Shown here in pieces: positions 1-11,907 of a stretch of 64,000 nt of DNA; the first letter of the stretch is position 1, and every line of letters starts with the position of its first letter. The notes under the pieces are model-generated. The model did not search any database. It was not told the origin of the DNA and saw only the letters and a program-made list of their open reading frames with translations. The stretch covers positions 1 to 64,000 of the forward strand of contig JAKMXF010000340.1 of assembly GCA_024704765.1 (NCBI GenBank), given 5' to 3'. The translations under genes were made by a program, and so were the position numbers. Source of the DNA: Oopsacas minuta. Taxonomy: Eukaryota > Animalia > Porifera.

Positions 1-12
1 TTGAATTGATTG

Positions 13-70
13 TATTTAATACAGTGAAGACACTCTCCTTGGAAACAATTTAATACAGTGAAGACACTCC
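13..70. repeat. Short direct duplication of ATTTAATACAGTGAAGACACTC
   Basis: Occurs twice, 35 bp apart. The TACAGTG start resembles a Tc1-like element end. Confidence 0.6.
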
Positions 71-1150
71 CCATTCTTTCCTTGTTTTCTCAAAAAATCT
101 ATCGTTCACTCCTATTACCCAGCTTTCAATCCAAAAATCCATCCTTCACTGCTATCCACAAAGTCTACTTAGATAATCCTGTCAAAATTCATGCTCTACC
201 ATCTTCCTAGCCAGTTGTAAATAGTCTGATCCACTCACAGCCCTCAGATTCTTCTACAATCACATCAAAATCCTTACCTGCTATACATTTGAATGATTTA
301 GCTACAGTATCCATCAGGGCTGTTCTTTACTCGCCCGAACATCAGCAAACATTATCCATCGTTGTTGTTCATTTTCTATAATACTAGAAATCTTTTACCT
401 GTCCTTATTCATACTTATTCTTTAATACAGAGAAAGTACAGAGCCGTGATTGAATGAATCGAAATAAATGGTTCTCTCCCTGTACAAAGCAAGTATAATA
501 ACTACTGCAATGAATTATTCTCTCTCCCACTCTAGTTTAGACATATCAATGCTGTAATTTGATTGGTTAAGGATTGGTAATTTATCATGTAAATTGGAAC
601 TAATTATAGCTCCACTGTGCCACAATTCTCCCAATTTCCATTTGTTTATTACATTTTGTATAATTGATACAGACCCCTGTAATAATTAGACAGAAATTAC
701 ATAATATATCTACGATATCTTAGAGTAATGGGCTACAACCTTAATGGAAGAATCCATTGTCCTTTCGTCATATATTCGTTGACTCAATTTATTATCGAAT
801 TTATTTGAATATTAATCACCTATAACTGGTTTCCTGGAATACACGAGTTGACTGTAATACTATTTCTATGTGAAAGCCTTCGATAATTAAATTTTTGTAA
901 CAATGAAAATCGCACATCACTAATCTCTGCAACAGCATTATGATTCTCATCTAGAAGCTGACTTCACTGATACAGTATAGACTATAATATTTAGTATATT
1001 TCTCTATACCATGACACTTATTTTCTGATTTATGCGTATTATAATCCAGGATGAGGAGGGCTAGGAGTTTTATCGCAATACCTTATATTCCGCTCATCTT
1101 GGTTTATTGTTGCTGTATTTTGAGTGTATTTGTTTCAAATTTTATTAGCT

Positions 1151-3944
1151 ATGGAGAGCAACCAAATCTATAGCTCTATGGATGATGCACAGGATGATTG
1201 CACTATATTTGTTGTCGCCATTGAGGATAATGAGACTTCTATGAGATTGAAATTGAAAGGAGAATATTCATTGAATATTGTAGACAGTGGTCTATTTCTG
1301 CTCACACTAAACACAGAGCAAACATTATACCACTGGCCTTATACAGTGCTCAGAAGATATGGCACTTCCAAAACTGGTAAGTATTACTTCTAGTTCCATG
1401 AATTCTGCTAATTGTCTCATTCAACTTCTGTTATATCGAACCTCAAGGACCCGCTATAATTACTATTTCGAAATATCCGTATTCCATATGACGGAAGTGA
1501 CTGTAATATATTCTTTCTACAGGATTCACGTTTGAAGCTGGTCGTAAAAGCCATTCCGGGCCTGGCGTATTGAGATTCGCCTCTCCCTCTGGGAAGCTAA
1601 TAACTCGTAATATCAAAGAAACTGTGAACAGAATAAAAGGAGATATTCCAACTCCAAATTCTGATCATCATAATCTGGGATCTTCTCACAATGTTAGTTT
1701 ACTTTCTTAATTTTCCTATTTATTTTATTTCCCTCTTTTATTAGTCAAATAGCTTCAGTGAACCAATAAGCGGTGATTACACAGAATTTTCTCATACAAC
1801 AGGACGGCCCAATCGTGCTAGGCCTAAACTTCCAGAATCAAACAGAGAGCTGTCACTAGAAATACCTGGACATTACATGAATTATAACAGGTTTCCCAGT
1901 TGAATACTATTTTGCCTAATAATATATTTATACAATAAACTCCCGTTACAACGAAGTCATTCTTTATCCTTTATAACTTGAAAGTAATTCATTTCTTCAG
2001 AATTCACTATAATTTGATATAGAATCACCGGGAGCACTACCCCTCATTCAGTTACAATACCGCATCAAACACAAACCCCCAGACCTGTATCTCCTTACCA
2101 TAACACTAGTATGAATAGTATGGTGTCTCCGTATGGAATAACTCGAGACAGACCTGCATATAATACAGTTGGTATGAGAATTATATAATTATACTACACA
2201 GATATATAAATATGATATACTTTATGTTACAAATAGGAAATAATGCAATTCTGATGGACAGTTATTCAGAGATATCCTCCTTACCGCCTCTACAACCTCC
2301 TACATCCTTGAACATTAATCAGAATGTTCAGTTACCATCTCCTCGCGCTGGGACACCAAATATTCTACAAACTAATCCTTTCGCTCATATTTCTCCTACA
2401 ATTCCTCTTCCTTACAATAGTATGAAGAGATCTATCCCTACAGATACAGCACGTACTACTGAGATGTTACATAAGTCATGTAGTGTAAGTTAAACTATCA
2501 CTGAATTACTACAGTCAACTACCGTTATATCGAACTCAGCTTATATCCACCATATATAATCTATGTATACTCTATATTAGAGCCCTGGTAGTACATTTCC
2601 TACTTGTGTGTCTCCCTTGCCTGGTTTTGATTCAGGAGATGACTCCGGTGAAGAAATAGAACATAACGTTTCTAAGAAGATTTCACAGGTTTGCACCCTA
2701 GTAACCTGGATACAGCATAGTTATGCTATATATTTAGGCATCTACATCTGTTAACGAGTTGACAGCTAACTTAGATCTAACACCTGCACACAGTACTGGG
2801 TTACAGGACTATGTTAATCTAGACGAAAATAGTCTTAATCAGCTGATCAGGACTGTATCTAATCCTATGGAGAGTCGAAGTGAGTATTAATTAAATCAGT
2901 ACATATTCTTATAACCGGTATAAGCATACAGGAATATGTAAGAATCGTTTCCCAGAGGATGATACTTACATCCGGTACGCTCTTATAACCGGTATACTTA
3001 ATAAAAAAAGAAATGGATCACAGGCCATGGTTCTCATACGATATGTTCTTATATGCGATATCCATTGTAATTCCTACTAAATATTAGCTGTAGAATCAGT
3101 AAAGAGTCCTAACTATATGAATGTAACCAGAAGTACTCCCAGAGATGATTCTGATTACTATAACATTACATCTGTTAGTTTGTTTTCCAAAATTATTGTG
3201 CATAAATAGATTGTATTAATATTCGAATTTTCATATTCTTTAGGAATTTATCGAGGAAGAGCGTAAAAGATCTAATACAGACACAATCTCACCTAAACTA
3301 TCTTTTCAAATGGAAGGAGAAGATGATTTTAAATTTGATCTGACTGCAGGGGCAGCTAGTCTCTCAGGAATTCAAGATCTCAAAATTATAGAAGAAGATA
3401 TGTTGTATGGAAATGTACAATATCATCCTTCTAGTAAAAAGAAACACTCAGAACATCTTTATATGAATACACCCACTAAGACAGCGGCATTCAAGAGTGT
3501 CAGAGGTATATTACAAACAGGGTACCAGGGACACCAGAAATGATACCCCGTTTGTGGAGGTTTAATTATATGGGACTAATAATTCCCTCTTTGATTGATT
3601 TTTCACTTCGTTTTAACTGTGAATGCTTAATATTATTTTACTACCATGGATATTTATACCCTTTAGAACACAGATCAACTGAGGAAATTCACAAAAATAC
3701 TCTAAACAATTCAGCTGTAAATAACTCAGCCTCTCTAACACTTCCTCCTTCTCCCACCAAATCCTGTCTAGGTGCTTCTAACTCCCAGCCGTCCATTACA
3801 ATAGGTAAGTCGCGGCTAACTAAGGAAAAGCCTATTTCATCTCAATACAGCTTTCTACAAGACATACTACCAACTAGTCCTAAGGTCCCACATGCTTATA
3901 CCCCTTGGAAAGATATAAATACTGAAAATAAAGATAGAATCTAA
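1151..3944 (+). CDS. Multi-exon DOK/FRS2-like docking protein with an IRS-type PTB domain and a long Tyr-motif tail; 5' end uncertain
   Basis: Exon 1149-1377 splices (GT 1378, AG ~1521) to give LYHWPYTVLRRYGTSKTG|FTFEAGRKSHSGPGVLRF, the IRS-PTB signature. Downstream P/S/T-rich exons carry YxN motifs. Stop at 3944. Confidence 0.8.
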
Positions 3945-4213
3945 TTGTGTGATAAACTGCTGAACTGTTTGCTTTTGATTGTTGTATATATTTAAGGCTT
4001 GCTTGTACATATGTATTATTAAAGTATTATTTTACCTAAGAACATGTATAATTCTATTACATAAGATTTCCAAACGTTAAGTGTCAAACTAGATCTCTGT
4101 ACAGACAAACAGTAATGAAGAAACACAAATAGCAACTTCTAACAGAGAATTTAGTTATTTAAATCTGTATTTCAAAACTAATTCTTAATTTCTCTGTTCT
4201 TCAATCTCTTCAT

Positions 4214-7200
4214 TCATAGAGCTGTAGTCTCACTAGGTTGTCTCTGCATCTAATAATTATATAAGATGACGTCATAAATATAAGAATAAACATATATATC
4301 AGGATTCCCAATAATTACCTTAGGGCTCTTGACAACTTTCTCTTTCTTAATCTTAGGACTCTCTATAGCATTGTTATTATTACTGTTAGGTGAGAGATCT
4401 GTTTGAGTCTCAAACTCTCTCTTTTGTTGTTTAAGAATTTCATTTTCTTCCTGTAATTCTCTAAACTTGTCAGTCATAACATTCAATTCCTGTAAATAAT
4501 AAGAATAAATACAAAGTTATGTAGAGTTGTATCGAAAATATTCAAATAAAATTTCCAGAAAAATATGAAAAATATAGAATTTTCGATGTAGCATATTTTC
4601 GGTAATTTCGCAATTATTTACAGATATTTAAGATAATATATAACCTGATGGAGTTGTACTGTTAAATCAGTTTGATTAGTCCCATCAGGGTTAGCTTGAT
4701 TAGATTGTAGCAACTTTATCAACTAAATACCGTATATAGAATAACAACAAGTAAACAAATAACCAACAAACAAACAAACAAACAAACAACTAACATGCTG
4801 TGCGTCAGCTAGATCTTTCTTGTATCCCTGAATAATCTCAGACATTCCAAACAATGACTAAATTACAAATAAATAAAACATCAACAACAACAACAACAAT
4901 ATATATAATGATAATTACGTCATTCTCTGCTTGCAAGCTGTTTGTCCGTTCCATCTGATCAGAGCTCTGTCTCTGAGTGCTAGCTAGATCATGTTCTAGT
5001 TTATCTTTCCTCTGAGATATACTGTCCATTTGGTAGGTAAGCTCCTGGATCTCTGAATCTCTCTTCTACACAGATAACAATTAATAATGACGTCATTCTA
5101 TTAATACTAGAGTGGATCCTCCACAAACGAGGAATTTTGCAGATAATTACCTTGAGTGATTTCTCCAATTCTGGTACTACAGATTTCTTCAGAGATTCAG
5201 TCTCTTGATTCAAATTCTAATCAATAATACATTGAATATACAAAGAATAAATAGCGTTAAAAAGATTAAACTAACCTCCAATAGCTGCTGTGAGTTAGAC
5301 AATTCATTTTCCTTCTCTCCAATAATCATTTCCTTATCTAGAGCTCTCCTCTGTTCTACACTTAACTCTCCTTTAAGTCTAGTGAATTCCTGCTCTACCT
5401 GATTTTGTAGTAAAAGAATTTCTTCTTGCTATAAGCAAATAATGTATTCATGAATACTCAACAGAGTATAAGGAAATACAGTCAAATCCCGAAATATAGC
5501 AATTAACATATAACAGGAGCTGACTGTAGTTAAAAAGATATGACAGGGATCTCGCTTACCGTCTCCTTTATAGTCTTCTTCAACGTTTCATTCTCCTCTG
5601 TTTGTATCTTATCCCTAACTAATAAATCCTTTACTTTCTCTCTCTCCTTTTCAGCCTCTATACCAGACTCATTCAATGCCTCAGTATTGGTTTTATTATC
5701 TTCCTCTAATCTGTATAAGTAATCAGTAGCAGCTCCCTTCATCTTACCCAGCCAATCCTCAAAATCCTAAATACAGTATGTACCGGTTATAAGGACCTAC
5801 TTGGGAGTAGCAATATATGTTCTTATAACCGACATACATATACATAAATATATGAGAACCTTATTCAGGAGGATGATACTCATATATGTTCTCTATTTCT
5901 ATTCAGAAATATAATAAATTACCTGTCCATGAGCTCGTAGATTGGGGAATATTTGTCCGGAGAATCCCTAATAATATGGAGAATGACGTCATAATATTTA
6001 GAATTATATAGTAAACCAGGGATATCAAATTTCTTAGACAAAAGTATAGTCAACTCCCGTAATATAGAACAGGAATACCCACTTATAATTATATACGGCT
6101 TATAAGAGAAGTTTCGATATAAGGGAGTTGACTGTAGCTGTATTTACAAAGTATGTTATACTAAAATACCTGTATTTGTTGGTGTGTAGATTTAGAATCT
6201 TGTTCGGCAGATTTACGTGCGTTATCAATATCATCGTTAATTTTCCAAACATTCTCACGTAATTCCTAAAACAAAAAACAAATTATAACAAAGAATAAAA
6301 CAAACTAATTTACTCAAATCTTACATTATTCTTCTTTTTGAATGTATCTAATCTTTCTTGAATAATTGTATTCGTTTCTAAACTCTGAGCTAATTCTTCC
6401 TCCTTCTTTTCCAGCTTAGATTCTAGCTCTGTGAATGAAAGTTTCATCTCCTGTAAAATATAAGCGAGTGTATATTTCCATGAATTAGCGAGTTAGTAAT
6501 ATGATGACGTCATAAATAATGGTATAATGATAATGAAATGCCGCCTGCCCACATGCTTAGACGTACATCATGTGGAGCTTAACAAGTTACCAACCTCTAT
6601 AGTAGCTTGCTGTATCGCATGATTACTAGCTAGATCAGCTACAGACGAATCATCTAAACCAGAACTTTCATTTCTAGCCTGTAGGATATCATTCTCAATT
6701 TGTAGATCCTGTGTCTTCTGTTTAAGATCTTGAAACTCATTCTAAACAACACAGGACATAAATAAAGAATGCCCATATAAGTATGAATTATGACGTCATA
6801 ACATACCATTATGTCTCCTATATCATTCACTTTCTGTTGTGACTTCTCTACTAATGCAGTTAATCTGTTTATTTGAGTCTCTTTCTCTGATAGCTCAGAT
6901 TGCAGCTGTTCTACTTCAGTTGCAGGTACACTATAGATAATATACAGGTAGGTGAGTATAACAAATAGGATAAGGTGATGATAATAGAAGATGTATGACG
7001 TAACGTATTTCCTGTAATAAAATTTAATAATAATAATGTGGTTGTGTGTAAACTATCAGGAAATTCACAGTTAGAAATATTCGCAAATATTAACCTTTCT
7101 TGTCTTAGTTTAAACATTTCAGAATTTAGAGATTTAATAGAATCTTCCCAATCTTCTAGTTGAGTATTCAGCTCTCCTATCTTCTCCTCATACTCAGTAA

Positions 7201-10200
7201 TTTTATCATCTGTCACTAACAAATAAGACAAGAGATAATTATATTGAATTCTTGAATTGTACAAATATGGCCAAAAACCGGCAAACTAACAAAAATAATA
7301 TCGTCAGTTATATAGAAGTATTAACGCGGTCCCTAGAGTTTCGAAATAACAGGAGTTGACTAGATTACTGAACCATGCATTTGTTCCAAACAAACTCGGC
7401 TATATAGAATTATTCATGGTTCAGTAATACTATAACAACTCTGTGTTATATTTAATAATACCAGATGTCATTACATAATATACACAACACCATAACCTAC
7501 CATTCTTACTCTGGTCATCATTTAGCTTATCAATAGCAATCTGCTGTTGTGTAATACATTCTTGTTTCTGTTGTAACTCATCTTCCAATCTATACTTCTC
7601 CTTAGCTTCCTTCTCGCTGGCTTCCAATGAGTTTTGTAGAGAACAAATCTTATCATTCAGCTCTCGTTCAATGGAAGGATTCGAAGGACTAAACAAAATA
7701 ATTACGAGTTTCTTAATCAAATCACTTAAGGAAATTTACCAATTTTGATAGAATTCTGAAGGTGGGAGAAAGTTTAAGACAAAGATTGGATTCGAACCCT
7801 TGTGGGCGCGAAGAGCCTAATACATTTTCTGGATATTAGGGTGGAATTGAGAAAAGTGTGAGATCCCGGGAAAATATTGAAAAGCTCAGGATTTGACACA
7901 AGAAAATCCCAGCAAATTTGTTGGTAAGTATAGATCACAAAAATACGGAAAATATTCTTACCTATTAGATTCTATCTCTTTGAATTGTCTCTCCAATTTC
8001 TTACAACTTGTAGTAAGACTAGCAATACTAAGATTTGCTTCATTCAATTCTTCTCGCGTAGCATCTCTGTCTTGTAACATTCTAGCTTTCTCAACCTCCT
8101 GGCAACGAGTTGGATAATAGGAATGTCATATACCTAATATATGAATACTTACTTTCTTATCTAATGTAGTTTGCATTTGTTGCAGTTGAGCATCGTGCTG
8201 AGACTTTAAAGCTGAGTGCTGAGATCTCCTATAAGTTAAGGAAATAATAAAATAATTCTAGAATATTCTATTCTGGCGCACTTACATTGTGTCTATAGAT
8301 GATTTCCGTCTCTCCAATTCCTATACACACAAATACAAAGATAATATCGTAAATTCGTAATATAAACCAAGAGATATAATAGTCACTAATCCATAGGGCT
8401 CTGCCCGCATGGGTTCGAATCCCATCTTTGTCGTTAACTTTTCGCCGAATAACACCAAATATCCAAATATTAAAAATTTTATGTATGAATACAAACCTCT
8501 TGCATTCGAGAGACAGTATTAGCCTGTGCTGCTGCTGTATTTTGAAGTTGTTGATTTATCCGAGTGTTTTCATTTTTCTAACAAACAAAGAATAACAACA
8601 AATCCATAAACTAACAAATAAACAACTTACATAGGAGTTGATTTGTTGATTAAATTGCACTTTGGTATCATTCAAATCAGTATTGAGTCTGTTAATCTCG
8701 TTACTATAAGAATACAAAGTAATGTAGATCCCTAACAACCAGATCGGATAATGGAATGCTCTGTCAGATATACAATCCTCATACACAAGTGTAAGAACAG
8801 GTCTGTAATATCATCATACAGATATGACGTAATTAACTTACTCTTTCAAACGGTTTTCAGCACTCAAATCTTTATACTTTGTCAAAACTAATAAATACAA
8901 CTAAATTAATATTCATTGTAAAAATATCCATGGTTGTATAATATTAAACTTACTCTCGTCTTTCTCTAAATTGAGTTTATTAACTTGATTAGTTAGAAAG
9001 TGGAATTGATCAGATTCATGTCCATTAGTCTAACACAAAATAAATTATATAAAAATGGCTATTTCTCATTGACAACGCAAAAATTTAAGGAATTTCAATC
9101 ATACCAAAAACATAAATATAATCTAACCTTAGTCCAGTTAATATCTCCGTTTTGATTATTTGTAGGAACTTCTTCTAGACAAATAAACTCTGTAAAAAGG
9201 ATGAAAGTATAAGATAATTGGCTTCTGAAAGCATTTCGTGAATTCTCAGAGATTTAATCAAACTTCAAATTTCAAAAATGTTTGAATCACGCAAACAGTT
9301 AATCTCTATAAATAATACCTTTCTTGGGTTTAGTCTTAGATTTTCCCTTCTTCTTAACAGGAGCATCCTCTACAATATACTGGGGGCTAGACACAACAGG
9401 TAGGGACTCTGTAATTGGCGGAATTACTTCACCAGTGACTACAATCTCTTCTGATAGGTCAGGAGGCAAACTAGAAGTCTCCGTTACCTATAACGTACAA
9501 ATAACTAATAGCACGAGACTATGTAATACGCACACGTGTATATATATTAATTGTAAGATAAGATACTTGTGATTAGTTAAACTAATTTATTGACTATGTT
9601 TGGAAATGATTAGATGCAAAATAAATTCACAAGCAAGTAATAGTATAGAATAGTTCTAACAGATAATTAATTGTCAATTCCATCGGCTAATTGTTATAAA
9701 CGACAAGAATTTTATTATTATAAGGCACTGTTAATATCACTTGTTTCAGCTACACCCTCTAAGCATACATGCATGCGGGATTTTATTATCTCATTATTAT
9801 GACGTAATCAAAATACATAGTGGCCAATCCATAAAAATTTCAATGACTTAGAAATATGTTAAGCATGTTAAAAGAGGTCTGTGAAGCTAAAATCACTACT
9901 ATTCACCCGTTAGTTAGTAAATATACTGTGCATAGTTAACACTTTGGGCATATTCGTACAATTTGAGACTTCGAGGTAAGCGGGTAGTTTCGATATATCC
10001 GCTAAGGGAGTGAAATGTAATAGAATTTGACTGAAAAAATAGTGAAATAATGACAATATTTATGCGGCAAATAAACTCGAAACAATTTTGATACTAACAG
10101 TAGCATAAATACCTGTTTCTTAGTCTTCTTCTGTTTGGTATTTGGTTTGGGAGATATCTTCTCGGGTAAAATTATAGTAATTTCTTCTTCAGAAGTAATT

Positions 10201-10528
10201 GGTTCTGAAATATTTATCTCAGAAGTTGGGGCTAGATTAGAATTATCAGGTCGTTTAGGTTTGTGCTGAATTTTCTTCTTTGTTACTTTAGCTGATTTAT
10301 CTGTTGATAAATAAATAAACAAACAAACGAATAAACATACAAACAAGTAAATATACCATCTCCAATGTCTCCCAATTTCATTTCCCTTTCCCTGACAATT
10401 TCCTCATAAGTCTTCTCCTTCCGTAGAATAACCATAAGAAGTGCCAGCACTACGATAAGCACAAACCCAGTTACGAGTAGGATAGGTATGCCGATCATCT
10501 CGGTAGCTTCCAGCAAGGCAGCAATCAT
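4214..10528 (-). CDS. Kinectin/RRBP1 (p180)-like ER-anchored long coiled-coil protein, with many small exons
   Basis: N-terminal TM (ILLVTGFVLIVVLALLMVIL) followed by KEKTYEEIVRE, which resembles the ribosome-receptor K/P-rich start. K/P-rich exons follow, then many heptad-rich exons. Last exon MQRQPSETTAL* (4249-4214) follows a canonical acceptor. Confidence 0.7.
4745..4790. repeat. (CAAA)n microsatellite in an intron; similar tract at ~10310-10345
   Basis: AACAAACAAACAAACAAACAAAC is directly visible. Confidence 0.85.
7778..7822 (-). pseudogene. Degenerate tRNA(Ser/Leu)-like 3' fragment in an intron
   Basis: Reverse complement reads ...GGCTCTTCGCGCCCACAAGGGTTCGAATCCAATCTTTGTC. It has a B-box GGTTCGAATCC and the same CTTTGTC end as the 8386 copy. 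Confidence 0.5.
8386..8433 (+). pseudogene. 3' half of a tRNA-Ser(GCT)-like sequence; no 5' half present
   Basis: CTAATCCATAGGGCTCTGCCCGCATGGGTTCGAATCCCATCTTTGTCG has a variable arm GGGC-TCT-GCCC and T arm ATGGG-TTCGAAT-CCCAT. It closely matches the eukaryotic tRNA-Ser(GCT) 3' half. No D arm or A-box upstream. Confidence 0.7.
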
Positions 10529-11243
10529 TTCGTAAATAAAATCAGAAATAAACTAATAAACAATTGAAATATATTTGACTGTAACAATTGAGAACAATTA
10601 GTAACTAATAATATGCCTATAATGAAATGTATATTATATATATATTATCTAAGCAACAGTCATAAACACTACAAACTATAATTCAATGTGTGTGGCTTTA
10701 AAATACAAATTTCAGACTAAAAACCACAAAGTACAGTCAGCGCATTCTATTTCAACCACAAACAATTAATTACATTATAAAGCCATAATTACTATTCAAT
10801 ATTATGAACTCTAACACTGTCAATGGCGCCACTGTAATGTTTGTATGCTAGTTTCAGATCCACCGCCCGCATCTAATTGGCTACCACACGAATATTGTCA
10901 TTATTCGTGGCTACGTATATTACGGAAACTACAATATTTTCTGGACCAGGGATAGATAAGACGTGAATTGTAGTTTATTCGAATTGTAGCAAACTCATAA
11001 CGGTCACAGGATTTGTCATCCCCTGAGTTAGGCTCTGCTCCCTTCCACACCTTAGAAAATATATTCAGGTCGAAATGACGTCATGTGAGTGCATTCTTAG
11101 TTAGAGCACTCAAACACAACTAATAAGCCAAAAATAGTATTATAATTAGAAACCGACAAAATAGAATATAATTATATACTAGAATAAATGCTAACAATTA
11201 TATACAACTTATGACGTAATCCTGAATATGATACAATGATAAA

Positions 11244-11435
11244 TCAGCTGACAATCTCTACACTAACTCCAGTCAAGTAATCGTAGATAGAAGTAACTCT
11301 ACTGTCTAAATCATTCATCTTCTGGAACATAGAATTTATGCATTTATTAGTTTGAGTAGAATTGCCTTGTAAATCAGTTCTCAGTTGTTCTATTAGGCTA
11401 GATAGGCTAGTGTCACTTTCCTTGTCAGTTGTCAT
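11244..11435 (-). CDS. Small single-exon coiled-coil protein (63 aa), possibly HSBP1-like
   Basis: From ATG 11435: MTTDKESDTSLSSLIEQLRTDLQGNSTQTNKCINSMFQKMNDLDSRVTSIYDYLTGVSVEIVS. Size and the KMNDLDSRV heptads recall HSBP1 (RIDDMSSRI). Confidence 0.4.
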   Translation of the reverse strand: MTTDKESDTSLSSLIEQLRTDLQGNSTQTNKCINSMFQKMNDLDSRVTSIYDYLTGVSVEIVS

Positions 11436-11907
11436 GGCAACTATCGGTGGAGAGAGAGATCTTTTGTGGAGGAAGTTCTGGTTTGTGTAGAGCACACGAC
11501 CGATCTGTGATTTAATTGAAATCAAAATTTCTGATTCTCTCTTGCAGCCAACTTTATCTACAATTAATTCATAGAATCCAGTAATCTTTTATTCATGATT
11601 TGTTACAGCCTGGGAATTATGCAGGAATTTCTTGGCTGGCACTTTGTGCCCTTCATGGCTGCCGAACTAGCACTTAAGGTCCCCGCCAAGCACCTGGATA
11701 AACCCCTGGCCGCTATATAAACTTTTCGCAGAGGGTAACGAATAAATTGGTTGATTATGGCTGTATTGTCACTCTATAGATCTTAGAAATCTGAGATTAT
11801 TCTAGAAATCCTATAAATTTAACATTGATGGACTTATCAAATGTAAACTTTAACAGTTGAATACATTAACATTTGACATTTGACAGTAGTTATATGATCT
11901 CTCTGCA

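Noticed and set aside
60-360. Possible minus-strand exons at the window start
   Set aside because: Candidate splice joins give stops in all frames, so no gene model is supported.
5205-5722. Plus-strand ORFs 5205-5402 and 5540-5722
   Set aside because: Antisense shadows (S/F/L-rich) of K/E-rich coiled-coil exons of the kinectin-like gene.
8386-8433. Functional tRNA-Ser gene
   Set aside because: The acceptor 5' strand, D arm and full anticodon stem are absent; kept only as a fragment.
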